Origin: a virus
Virus record (IMG/VR): IMGVR_UViG_3300027810_000002
Coordinates: 32,001-96,000 of that record
Length of the DNA stretch: 64,000 nucleotides
Direction: 5' to 3' (one strand)
In this document: piece by piece, positions 1 to 8,920 of the stretch
How the letters are laid out: each line of letters begins with the position of its first letter
How positions within the stretch are numbered: the stretch's first letter is position 1
The notes under the pieces: generated by a model
Database searches by the model: none
Told to the model about the DNA's origin: nothing
The model's input: the letters and a program-made list of their open reading frames with translations, nothing else
Program-made: the position numbers and the translations under genes

Positions 1-443
1 CCGCATGTAACTGCGATTAAATAAGAATTATTACCATTGCTAAAGTTTGCTCTACCATCAATAGTACCACCTACTGTAGATCTCATTGTTCCAGAATATC
101 CACCAGCAGCTCCTGTTGAAGATTGTTCAACTTCATTTTTCTTATATTTCTTAATTACCTTAGAAATCTTCTCTGCTAATTGATATGCGTTTCTTCCTTG
201 AAATACATCATAAGAATCTTGTTCGATATCTCCTTGAACATTTAGATGTTCTTTGTAGTTTGGTAATTTACCGGATTTTGCAGATGCTTCCGCTTTTGCT
301 AATACTTTTTCGTATGAACTTCCCCATTTTTCAACAGCGATCTTTGCGATTCTAACTTTATCTTCTAATTTAGCTTTAATACCTTTTTTATCAAAAGATA
401 CTGCTTCATTTATAAAAGATTCAAATAATTTTACTGGTTTCAT
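1..443 (-). CDS. Putative capsid-internal protein with capsid-targeting-like N-terminus (3' end beyond window)
   Basis: Not in the ORF track. Hand translation from ATG at 443 gives MKPVKLFESFINEAVSFDKKGIKAK..., open to the window edge. Confidence 0.75.
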   Translation of the reverse strand, partial: MKPVKLFESFINEAVSFDKKGIKAKLEDKVRIAKIAVEKWGSSYEKVLAKAEASAKSGKLPNYKEHLNVQGDIEQDSYDVFQGRNAYQLAEKISKVIKKYKKNEVEQSSTGAAGGYSGTMRSTVGGTIDGRANFSNGNNSYLIAVTC

Positions 444-460
444 TGTTTTTATATTTTAAT

Positions 461-1306
461 TTATGATATGTCCATTGCGTCATCATGATCACATACAATA
501 CCTTTTTTAGCTATTTGTTTACATAAAGCATCTAGCTCATCAGTTTCGTATGTTGATGGAACTTTATCTGTTATTTTAATAGATTTTAGAAAGGCTTGTA
601 CTTCGTCTAATCCGAATTTAACCCTATGACCTACATTTGATGTTTTTGCAACATCATATAAATACGCTCCATAAAATCTACCACGCTGTTCTGTGTATGT
701 AAAATTAATTCCTTTAACTCTGAAAGGTTCGTTTTGAGCAGATATTGCCTTTGCTTCGCTTACGAATTGTTCAAATAATTGTACGTGTTTCATTGTATAT
801 TCACTTTTTTCTATTTTATTATATATCTCACTCATACTCAACATATCTTTAATACTATTGATAAATGCATCAGCAGGAACCCTATGACCTCCGTCATATA
901 CTGTATGATTAAAAGATACTTTATTGTCTTTAAAGTATTTTCTTACTTCTTTTCCGCTAACGACTGAATCGCTCTTGCCAAATCTTATTTCTATTTTAGT
1001 CTTTTTTAAATCAGAATCATCTACGACTGGATCGAATGTTCTACCAACCATTGCTGGATTAAATAACAACACTGGGATTGAAAGCTTGCTTCCAATTAAA
1101 TAAGAAACATATCCTCCCATTGAAGATCCTACAATAAGATCTGGATTTAATGATTTAATATCTTTGTATAATTTATCAAAAGTACTATCATCTCTATAGT
1201 TTATTGATGGCATATAAGCCTTGTCAAAGTTTTCATTTAAAAATATAATCTTTGGGTCTTTTTGATCAATACTAGATTCTAAACCATGTAAATACGCTAT
1301 CTTCAT
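461..1306 (-). CDS. YqiA/UPF0227-like alpha/beta hydrolase fused in frame to a tagged C-terminal domain (internal start at 793)
   Basis: YLHG oxyanion motif, GSSMGG nucleophile elbow, D (GKSD) and GGH catalytic residues. Internal MKHVQLFEQFVSE at nt 793. Confidence 0.8.
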   Translation of the reverse strand: MKIAYLHGLESSIDQKDPKIIFLNENFDKAYMPSINYRDDSTFDKLYKDIKSLNPDLIVGSSMGGYVSYLIGSKLSIPVLLFNPAMVGRTFDPVVDDSDLKKTKIEIRFGKSDSVVSGKEVRKYFKDNKVSFNHTVYDGGHRVPADAFINSIKDMLSMSEIYNKIEKSEYTMKHVQLFEQFVSEAKAISAQNEPFRVKGINFTYTEQRGRFYGAYLYDVAKTSNVGHRVKFGLDEVQAFLKSIKITDKVPSTYETDELDALCKQIAKKGIVCDHDDAMDIS

Positions 1307-1319
1307 CTTTATCTTTATC

Positions 1320-1344
1320 TTATTTGTTATATGTAAATATAAAC
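1320..1344 (-). promoter_or_regulatory. Early/host-RNAP-type promoter (TATATTTA -7-like element)
   Basis: 25 bp identical to 58948-58972. Resembles the Bacteroidota TAnnTTTG -7 box. Confidence 0.6.
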
Positions 1345-1391
1345 AAAAAAAATGACATAAAAAAATATTATGCCACTTATTTTGATTTATT

Positions 1392-1985
1392 TTAAGTTTT
1401 AGGTCTTCCTAATAATATCTTATCGTGCATTTTGCCTCCAAGTTTTCTAGAATACCAGCCATTTCCAGGTGATCCTTCTTTTAAACCTATCCAATCTACT
1501 TTTTTACCTAATACCTTTTCAACAGTTTCTAGATCTGAAACTAAAGGTACATTATATGAATCTAATAAGATCTCTGCGATCCTACCTGAAACTTCAATGT
1601 AAAAACCTAACTTATTAAGATCTCTTCCTCTAGCAGCGATGTATTCTCTTTTTGCTGCGGAAGTACCATCATGACCTACTCCTGAATATTTTACTCCGAA
1701 TTTGGTTTTTTTACCAAACATTATCATATCGAAATCTTCATCTCCGTGAAGGTCTAGACCTTCCCAATAATTCCAATCTGGATCTCCAAAAACATCGTCT
1801 GGCGATTTAATCTTTGCATGTCCACCTATTACAGAATATGCAGTAGATATTAACTCAAAGAATTCCCCAGCAAGCTCTGGATATTTTTTATGGTTAAACT
1901 TAGTAATTTTACCTCTCTTAGGTTTAATTAATTCACCACTAGTTTTTTCATTGATAAATTCTTCGTATAACTTTATATGTCTCAT
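1392..1985 (-). CDS. Hypothetical protein with capsid-targeting-like tag (start revised from 2006 to 1985)
   Basis: MRHIKLYEEFINE at 1985. The longer start overlaps the terminator hairpin. Confidence 0.7.
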   Translation of the reverse strand: MRHIKLYEEFINEKTSGELIKPKRGKITKFNHKKYPELAGEFFELISTAYSVIGGHAKIKSPDDVFGDPDWNYWEGLDLHGDEDFDMIMFGKKTKFGVKYSGVGHDGTSAAKREYIAARGRDLNKLGFYIEVSGRIAEILLDSYNVPLVSDLETVEKVLGKKVDWIGLKEGSPGNGWYSRKLGGKMHDKILLGRPKT

Positions 1986-1998
1986 CTTGATATATTGT

Positions 1999-2032
1999 AA
2001 AAGCATGACCTTGAAAAATCTAGGCCATGCTT
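1999..2032 (-). terminator. Rho-independent terminator
   Basis: Minus strand AAGCATGGCCT-loop-AGGTCATGCTTTT directly after the 2042-4282 stop. Confidence 0.75.
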
Positions 2033-2041
2033 AACTTATTT

Positions 2042-4282
2042 TTATCCTAATGAAGATGTTAACATCCCAACGGCTGCTCCGTAATCTCCATCAGATTTTG
2101 ATAAGATTCCGTCTACAATTTCTTGTCCTTTAGCTTCGTCAAAATCATCTCCGAATGCTTTCTTTAAAATCGTGAATGCATATTCTTGAAATTCTTCGTC
2201 AGATTTAATTTCTGCTTCGTTAACTACTGATTCTTTAATACCGAATTCTTTAGCTAACATAGTTTGTACGTCTCCAACGTTTGCACCAGATATTTCCATA
2301 CCTTCCGTGTCGTTTGCTGCGAAATCTTCAGGTTGAGCGTATACAAATTTAAGTAATAAATCTTCGACGTCGTTTATGTCTTTTTTATTTTTATTGTAAA
2401 CATCTTTTAATTCTTTCATAGTAACTGAAAGACCTAAGGCACCGTGCTCATCAGAATCAATATCTAATTGAAATAATTCTTTAGCTTCGTTAACTACTGA
2501 TTCTTTAACAAATATTGCTTCTTTATCACTATATCCAGGTTCTAATGAAAGTCCGTGTTTTTTCATTAATGATTTATATTTATCAACGTTATTAATAAAT
2601 TCAATAGCAACGTCATCCATATCGCTTGGATCTGTATTTAGAAATCCTGTATAATCATCGTGTTTTTTATCAAATTGATAGTCTTTAGAAATCATTGCTA
2701 AGAACGCATTAACTTCTGATTTACCTTCAGTAACTACTGCTTCATTGTATAAATGAACATAGTTGCTTCCTTTTTTAGAATAAACTGATTCGATTTTAAA
2801 AGATCCGTCATTTTTACCGGCGTAATGTGCTCTAAAGAATAAATTATTATCAAGCTCTCCAAAGAAATGAGATAGTTTACCGATAAAGAATTCAGCGTTT
2901 GGATAAAGCTCTAAAACTTCTTCTTTTGTTTTCGCGTTTAAAACATCTCTATTAAAATCTTTTACGAATTTAGCTTCAGTAACTACTGATTCAAATGCTG
3001 GAACTAATCCTGAACCTTGGTAAAGATCTGCCATCATCCATTTTTTAGATTTTTCATCCCATAAGTATACGAATTCTGCTCCACCGTCTCTATCTGCGTC
3101 TTTTAAATAATTATCTATATTTTTAATAGATCCGGTAGTGTTTGCAGTACCGTCATTATAAAAGTTGATTTTAGAAATATCTGTAGATAAACCGCTATTA
3201 GCTCCTTTGCTAAGTACATCGTCTACATTTTTACCGTTTTTAAAAGATTTCTTAATAATTGGTAACATGTTGTCTGGGTAAGAATCATAATGAGTATATA
3301 CTGAAGTAATATTTCCAGCCTTGTCTATTTTACCAAATTGACCTCTTGTTCCTTCGTTAAGAACCGTAGATTCATTAACTGTTACTGGGTACATTTTACC
3401 GTTAAATTCAAATTCTTCTAAATCTTCTTCAATCGCTTTAGCTCTTGCTCCTAAAAATGCATTACGCTCTTCTAGTTTAGTAGTTTCATCAGTAACTGTA
3501 ATTAGTTCAACTTCATTTGATTCGTTTAGTTTAGAATCTAAATCAATTCTAACATCTTCTCCTTCGAATGCTTGGTTAAACTGATTGACTGCAGCTTGTC
3601 CCATTCCTTCTTGTTTAATCTGCTCTAAGTAAAGTGCAGTTCCTTCAACAATTCCTTGACCTCCCCAGCCAGCAGCATTTGCTATGTCTGAATAATATTT
3701 GTCTAATATAGTTTTAATTGTTGCAGGTCCAATTTTAATAAAGTGACCTCCTAATCCGGCCATTTTAATTTCTAAAGGTTTAATGTTTCCTTTAATCATT
3801 TTAGAAACTGGTAGTGCTTCTCTATGGAAGTTTGCATCAACCATCGCTTCGTGCATTAAATACTTAATACATCCTAAAATAGATTCACTAGACATTGCTC
3901 CTAAATCTACTAATACTTTGTTAAATATTTTATTATATACAGTTACAACTTTCTTAGCGTCTCTTTTACCTTCAACTTTAATAGCTTCAGTAATTTCTTC
4001 AACTTCTTCTTCATCACTAACAACAGGCACATCATCTTCTGATTCTGAATTATCTGATTCTTCTTCAGAAATTTCTCCAAATAATTGTGAAATTATAGCT
4101 GTTTTTTGTTCTTCGTCTAATCCTTCTAGTGAAGTGATTTCCATTGAATCTAATATAGATGCAATTTTTGTGGATAGTTCTTCTCTTTTAGTGTTGTTTT
4201 CTACTGCTAACTTAATTGTTGCTTCATGTGCTAACACATCTGAGAAAGACTTAAAAGATTTGATTTTATTCATTTCTGCCAT
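2042..4282 (-). CDS. Acidic modular (poly)protein, putative capsid-internal precursor
   Basis: 746 aa. N-terminal KIKSFKSF. Repeated ESVVNEA/ESVVTEA/EAVVTEG/ESTVLNEG linkers separate unrelated modules. Confidence 0.7.
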   Translation of the reverse strand: MAEMNKIKSFKSFSDVLAHEATIKLAVENNTKREELSTKIASILDSMEITSLEGLDEEQKTAIISQLFGEISEEESDNSESEDDVPVVSDEEEVEEITEAIKVEGKRDAKKVVTVYNKIFNKVLVDLGAMSSESILGCIKYLMHEAMVDANFHREALPVSKMIKGNIKPLEIKMAGLGGHFIKIGPATIKTILDKYYSDIANAAGWGGQGIVEGTALYLEQIKQEGMGQAAVNQFNQAFEGEDVRIDLDSKLNESNEVELITVTDETTKLEERNAFLGARAKAIEEDLEEFEFNGKMYPVTVNESTVLNEGTRGQFGKIDKAGNITSVYTHYDSYPDNMLPIIKKSFKNGKNVDDVLSKGANSGLSTDISKINFYNDGTANTTGSIKNIDNYLKDADRDGGAEFVYLWDEKSKKWMMADLYQGSGLVPAFESVVTEAKFVKDFNRDVLNAKTKEEVLELYPNAEFFIGKLSHFFGELDNNLFFRAHYAGKNDGSFKIESVYSKKGSNYVHLYNEAVVTEGKSEVNAFLAMISKDYQFDKKHDDYTGFLNTDPSDMDDVAIEFINNVDKYKSLMKKHGLSLEPGYSDKEAIFVKESVVNEAKELFQLDIDSDEHGALGLSVTMKELKDVYNKNKKDINDVEDLLLKFVYAQPEDFAANDTEGMEISGANVGDVQTMLAKEFGIKESVVNEAEIKSDEEFQEYAFTILKKAFGDDFDEAKGQEIVDGILSKSDGDYGAAVGMLTSSLG
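2214..3374 (-). repeat. Dispersed ~21-25 bp linker repeats inside the polyprotein gene
   Basis: gcttcgttaactactgattctttaa is identical at 2214-2238 and 2484-2508. Variants at 2724-2744, 2973-2993 and 3351-3374. Confidence 0.85.
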
Positions 4283-4316
4283 TTTATTAAATTTATTTTA
4301 TGTTTTACTTGTTTAA

Positions 4317-4324
4317 TATATATC
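4317..4324 (-). promoter_or_regulatory. Putative late promoter GATATATA (representative of ~16 copies)
   Basis: Same motif sits upstream of structural and internal-protein genes; coordinates are listed in the findings. Confidence 0.65.
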
Positions 4325-5824
4325 TCATTCAAAAGAGACTCTTTTAATATTATAATCAAACTTCTCTTGTTTGTATATTGATTGCCTTGCTTTTCCGTGT
4401 TTCCATAGATAATTATCCCACTCCTGTGTTCTAATATTATCTACAAAATCTACTATTAATACCTTGTCCTTTGACTCATGTTGTCTTAAACCACGTCCAA
4501 TTGACTGTCTTATTATTACCTCCGACTTGAACGATTCAGTAAAGAATATACTATGGATTTTTTTAATGGATATACCTGTTGAAAACGTACCATAACTCGC
4601 GACAATAACGACTTCATCGCCTGCTTCCATTTTTTTCTTATACTCTTCTCTAATATCTTTATCTGTCCCACCATCAACATAAAAAACTCTTTTGCTGCTT
4701 TCCTGTCTAAGCTTTTCATATAACCTTTTACCATGTTCAATCCTGTGGAAAAGAACAAGGGAATTCCGGGGTACTCTACTAATAACACTTGAAACAAAGT
4801 CAAGGCGAGCCTCGCTAGTAATGACAAAGTTTTGTTCAAGCGAAAATACATCTTTTCTATCATATTTATTTTGTGCTAATTCTTGGAATGCAAGTCTTTG
4901 CTTATCTGTTGCATAATTCATTTCAATTACCTTAACTACGCATTTTGCGATATGCCCTTGGTTTTGTAAAAAGTTTGCCTTGACTTCGCTAATAACTGGG
5001 CCAGTCTGGCTCATTAATGTTAACTTGTCCAATGTTCCTTCTTTAGGAATTGTTCCAGACAAACCAAATTTGTATTGTGCACTAGTACATTTCTGTAAAA
5101 TTGTCTTTATTGAATTACTCTTTGCTTTATGTGTTTCATCAACAAGTACTGCATCGAACTGTGCAAAGTATTCAGCGTTCTTTTTTACTAACGACTGATA
5201 CGTTCCAATAATAATATTTTTATTTGATTTGATTTTTTGACCTGCAAAGATTTGTTGAATCTTTAACGGTACTTTATTCATGTAATTATAGTCATGAAAA
5301 TCTTCGTGTGCCTGTAATACTAATGAAACATTAGGTACAATCATTAAGATTTTTTCAGCCTTTCCTTTTTCTAACATATATGCTATAGTTAGGAAACTGA
5401 TCAGTGTCTTACCTGCGGACGTAGCAAGCTCCGCTAGACACTTTCTAAATTTAAGTATATTATATGCTGTTTCAATTTGATAATCTCTAGGTGTAATCTC
5501 AGCTCCTTTAAAAAAGTCAAGTGCCCATTTTTCAAATGTCTCTGCATTTATATTAGGATCTATTAAACGTTTGATTCCGTTCATTTCAATCTCTAAATTA
5601 TAGTCTTTGCATATTTGTAAAACATGACGCCATAATCCGGCTGGAATCCATTTGTCATCTTTTATATAAGATACATATCCATCCCAAACTCCTCGCTTTA
5701 CTAACGGGTTAAATCTCCAGCTCTCGATTCTTTTCGTGAGGGAGATTGTAATTTGTTCTAATTCAAGTTCAGTTGCATCATCAATTCTTAAGAACTGATT
5801 ATCATCTGTTAATGTGAGTATCAA
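4325..5824 (-). CDS. uvsW: UvsW-like SF2 DNA helicase
   Basis: PRDYQ Q-motif, ATSAGKT Walker A, DETH, GLSGT, QSIGRGLR. Adjacent to a UvsY-like gene as in T4. Confidence 0.9.
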   Translation of the reverse strand: MILTLTDDNQFLRIDDATELELEQITISLTKRIESWRFNPLVKRGVWDGYVSYIKDDKWIPAGLWRHVLQICKDYNLEIEMNGIKRLIDPNINAETFEKWALDFFKGAEITPRDYQIETAYNILKFRKCLAELATSAGKTLISFLTIAYMLEKGKAEKILMIVPNVSLVLQAHEDFHDYNYMNKVPLKIQQIFAGQKIKSNKNIIIGTYQSLVKKNAEYFAQFDAVLVDETHKAKSNSIKTILQKCTSAQYKFGLSGTIPKEGTLDKLTLMSQTGPVISEVKANFLQNQGHIAKCVVKVIEMNYATDKQRLAFQELAQNKYDRKDVFSLEQNFVITSEARLDFVSSVISRVPRNSLVLFHRIEHGKRLYEKLRQESSKRVFYVDGGTDKDIREEYKKKMEAGDEVVIVASYGTFSTGISIKKIHSIFFTESFKSEVIIRQSIGRGLRQHESKDKVLIVDFVDNIRTQEWDNYLWKHGKARQSIYKQEKFDYNIKRVSFE

Positions 5825-5842
5825 TATTCATAATACTATTTT

Positions 5843-6274
5843 TTATAACTTAGACATGTCTAGGCGATTCTTTATTGCAAAGCCCATATTGTCTAAGGTT
5901 TTCACAGTGCCTTCAAAAAAGGCTTTCTGTGATTCTAGTAATTCTAGCAGTTGATTGTCTTCTGCTAAATCTGCTAGTAAAAACTTTTCACGTTGTTTGT
6001 CTGTTAGTTTATAATCATAACTATAATACTCAATCCACTTTGTTTTATATTTCTGGTCAACTGTGGTTTTTTGGGAGCGTATTCTAATCGACATTGACGT
6101 TAAGCTTTCAATTAATATCTGTCTATAACTTAAAGAGTAAGAGCTAACTTGTTCTAAATTATTACCTAATTTTAAATCTTCAGTTAGTGCTTTGATTTTA
6201 TCTGTCCATTCTAATCTCTGCTTTCCTAGATATTCATCTAGTTTTAGTATTTTACTTTTTAAGTCTGTTGCCAT
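5843..6274 (-). CDS. uvsY: UvsY-like recombination mediator
   Basis: 143 aa helical protein ending LDNMGFAIKNRLD. Size and synteny with uvsW. Confidence 0.65.
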   Translation of the reverse strand: MATDLKSKILKLDEYLGKQRLEWTDKIKALTEDLKLGNNLEQVSSYSLSYRQILIESLTSMSIRIRSQKTTVDQKYKTKWIEYYSYDYKLTDKQREKFLLADLAEDNQLLELLESQKAFFEGTVKTLDNMGFAIKNRLDMSKL

Positions 6275-6284
6275 TTATTGTATT

Positions 6285-6506
6285 TTAAAATAATTGGTTT
6301 TTGTTAGTTTTAAAATTCTTTATATACACTGTCGTGTTAATTTTCTTTTTTAATTTCGGATCAGATATTACCATGTTCTTTTCATTATAATTAATAATTG
6401 AACTACTAAAGCTAATTAATTCTTTAATATTTTTTCTACGGTTTTTATCTTCTTCGAATTCTAAGAATTCCTCATCGATCATATCGATTACATTATTTTT
6501 TATCAT
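6285..6506 (-). CDS. Hypothetical protein
   Basis: 73 aa ORF overlapping the primase stop by 4 bp. Confidence 0.5.
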   Translation of the reverse strand: MIKNNVIDMIDEEFLEFEEDKNRRKNIKELISFSSSIINYNEKNMVISDPKLKKKINTTVYIKNFKTNKNQLF

Positions 6507-7630
6507 AGGTAAAATGCATCTAGTTTTGAGTTACTAAAATACTTTGAAAGATCTTTAATACAGTTATCTTTTAAATAATATGCAACTCTAACCAGGTCAT
6601 TTAAATCACCTAATTCTTTAGGATATTTATCTCTGTTATTTTTGTCAATAGATTCCAACCATTTATCATACCTTAAGTCTAATCTGGTGTCATCTAAAAA
6701 CTTAGTCCACATAAATATCTCTTTGCCTCTTCGAAGCTTTTCCATCATCTTCTTTTTACCAGTAACATCATTGTCAAACATATAACGTATTGTAGGTATC
6801 TCATCAAACTCATCAGTAGATCTACCTGCAGTTGCTAGTCCAATACTATTTTGCATAAACATTGCATCAATAGGTCCTTCAAACATCGTTACCTGTCTTT
6901 GTAAATCAACTAATAAAACTCCGAATAGGGTTGATATTTTCTTTAGACTTATTAATTCATCTATAGAAACTCCCATATCCTTTTTCATTTCCTGATATAT
7001 TTTTTCAATATCATAAGTCAGATATCTAGCACTTTTATGTTTTGATAGGGCTCTAGTTTGAAATCCAATAACTTTACCGTTTGGCGCTAAATTAAGAACT
7101 ACCATCCTACGATCTTTAGGAGAATACATAAAGTTTTCTAACTTATGAGATAACATTCTACCTCTTAAATAGAAATAACCAGGATCTCCTGCTTCAATTT
7201 CTTTAAATCCAAAAGTGGCTTTAAGTTCATCTCTGGTTGGTGCTAAATCATATATCTTTTTAAATACATCATGTTCTAAGACTTCAACTGTTGATGCTGT
7301 TATCTTATGTTCTTGTATAAAATCAATAACTTTAATAGAATCTTCTCTATCCTGAAATCCAATGTGATGATCTTTTAATAAGCTATAAACGTCGCCGTGT
7401 TGGCTACAGTTAAAACAGTGATATTGTAAACTATCCCAATATATACTGCCTCTTTTCTTATAAGTATCATCGTGGCTGTCTCCGCAATAAGGGCATGCCA
7501 GGCTTAAACGGCCTGGCATTTCCTTAAGCATCCTTTTATTAGGGTCAGCATGTTGGGTTGTAACAACCTGTTTTACTAAACTTCTAATTTTAGATTTTAA
7601 TGATTCGTCTATCTTAGATGTCGAGGTCAT
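6503..7630 (-). CDS. DNA primase (T4 gp61-like)
   Basis: CPYCGDS...HCFNC zinc finger, GFQTR, TOPRIM EGPIDAMF and FDND, DLND. Confidence 0.9.
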   Translation of the reverse strand: MTSTSKIDESLKSKIRSLVKQVVTTQHADPNKRMLKEMPGRLSLACPYCGDSHDDTYKKRGSIYWDSLQYHCFNCSQHGDVYSLLKDHHIGFQDREDSIKVIDFIQEHKITASTVEVLEHDVFKKIYDLAPTRDELKATFGFKEIEAGDPGYFYLRGRMLSHKLENFMYSPKDRRMVVLNLAPNGKVIGFQTRALSKHKSARYLTYDIEKIYQEMKKDMGVSIDELISLKKISTLFGVLLVDLQRQVTMFEGPIDAMFMQNSIGLATAGRSTDEFDEIPTIRYMFDNDVTGKKKMMEKLRRGKEIFMWTKFLDDTRLDLRYDKWLESIDKNNRDKYPKELGDLNDLVRVAYYLKDNCIKDLSKYFSNSKLDAFYL

Positions 7631-8528
7631 TCAAGAAAGAATCTAGATCATCACTGTCTTCTGTAGTAGATACAGGTACTGGTGATGGATTAGTATTCAT
7701 TGCTTCACTTCCTGCTGCAACCGCTACTTTAGCTTTAACTGGTGCTGCTTTTGGTTTTGAAGTAACAGTATCCATCGAGCTACCTGGATTCAGGTATTGT
7801 CTTAGGATTCCGTTAACGAAGTCTCTTGCATCTCCGTCCCAAGCTTTATATTCATAAGGCTCTAGTGATGGTGCAGCGTCTAGTTCAGCTTTAATAGTAG
7901 CCATAGACTCTTTACTTCTTTCTGCAGGCTCTCCTTCAATTGAGATTGCTGAGCGACTTGCTGAGAATTTAGATTTATCGTAGTTGTTATATTCACCTTG
8001 TCTTGTGATAATTAACTCAAAGTTTTTACCTTCAAATAGGTCAAATACTTGTGTTGGTTCACCAAAAGCTGGCTTTAATTCCTCATCGATCTTTTCTTTG
8101 ATCTTATAACCGAACTTGTATACCATATATTGGCCTTCCATTGCGGTATTTTGAGGGTCTTTTACTACTTTAATAAGTGCGTAGTATTGCTCACGTCTTT
8201 TAAGTTTCTCACTCATCTTACGGTCTACTGCTGAATCACTGTTACGTAATTTGAAAAATGATTCTGCAATCGGACAAGTTTCTCCAACAGAACTCGGTGA
8301 ATCGACTAATCGACCGTTACCTGAAGCATCTGTTAGCCAGTGTACGTATTTTTTAACTAATGAGTTACGTGGATTTGATGGATTTGGAACGAAACGTATT
8401 AACGCTTTGTAGGTTCCATCTTTACCTTGATCAGCACTAGGTTTGTAGATTACATCTGTCTTAGTGTTTTGTTGATCGTGTGTTTCGACGTCTGAGACGC
8501 CTAAATTGAAAATGTCAAAATCTGCCAT
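7614..8528 (-). CDS. Single-stranded DNA-binding protein (T4 gp32-like)
   Basis: ALIRFVP, CPI, YKFGYKI, FDLFEGKNF, YDKSKF and an acidic tail DDLDSFLNDLDI. Confidence 0.88.
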   Translation of the reverse strand: MADFDIFNLGVSDVETHDQQNTKTDVIYKPSADQGKDGTYKALIRFVPNPSNPRNSLVKKYVHWLTDASGNGRLVDSPSSVGETCPIAESFFKLRNSDSAVDRKMSEKLKRREQYYALIKVVKDPQNTAMEGQYMVYKFGYKIKEKIDEELKPAFGEPTQVFDLFEGKNFELIITRQGEYNNYDKSKFSASRSAISIEGEPAERSKESMATIKAELDAAPSLEPYEYKAWDGDARDFVNGILRQYLNPGSSMDTVTSKPKAAPVKAKVAVAAGSEAMNTNPSPVPVSTTEDSDDLDSFLNDLDI

Positions 8529-8590
8529 GTCTTTAATTCTTTAATTCTTTAATTTGTTAAACTTTAAATTCTTTGATCGTTAATTCTTTC
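8529..8590 (-). promoter_or_regulatory. Unstructured TTAAAG(AA)-repeat leader of the SSB gene (putative autogenous translational operator)
   Basis: Minus strand GAAAGAATTAACGATCAAAGAATTTAAAGTTTAACAAATTAAAGAATTAAAGAATTAAAGAC-ATG. Confidence 0.55.
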
Positions 8591-8615
8591 GGTACCTTTA
8601 ATAAACTTTCATGTA

Positions 8616-8641
8616 TTATATAAGAGACTTTGTAAAAGTTT
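8616..8641 (-). promoter_or_regulatory. Putative middle promoter AAAC-N17-TATAA
   Basis: Exact 17 nt spacing, repeated at four other loci. Confidence 0.6.
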
Positions 8642-8655
8642 CAAATATAATTAAA

Positions 8656-8844
8656 CTATATATCGAAATTATATAGAGCACCTTCCTCGTCAACAAAGTT
8701 CTTACCATCTGCTGATATACTAAGCCCGGCTTTCTCTAATATCTCTAAGCTTTCTTTTTTTGTTATTCGGTCAGTTGAGACCATCATGTCTAAAGTACGT
8801 TTTAAATCCATAAGGTTGTGGGATCCTATTTTATTGTTTTGCAT
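8656..8844 (-). CDS. Hypothetical protein
   Basis: 62 aa ORF co-oriented with neighbours. Confidence 0.5.
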   Translation of the reverse strand: MQNNKIGSHNLMDLKRTLDMMVSTDRITKKESLEILEKAGLSISADGKNFVDEEGALYNFDI

Positions 8845-8920
8845 TATTATTAAATTATTTTTGTTAGTTATGAAACTTTATACCCGAAGTACAGTATAAG
8901 TTATGTCTTTAAGCTGAAAG

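Noticed and set aside
2214-3374. Linker repeats as a CRISPR array
   Set aside because: Spacers are 220-350 bp, in frame and protein-coding. Repeats are degenerate and no cas genes are present.
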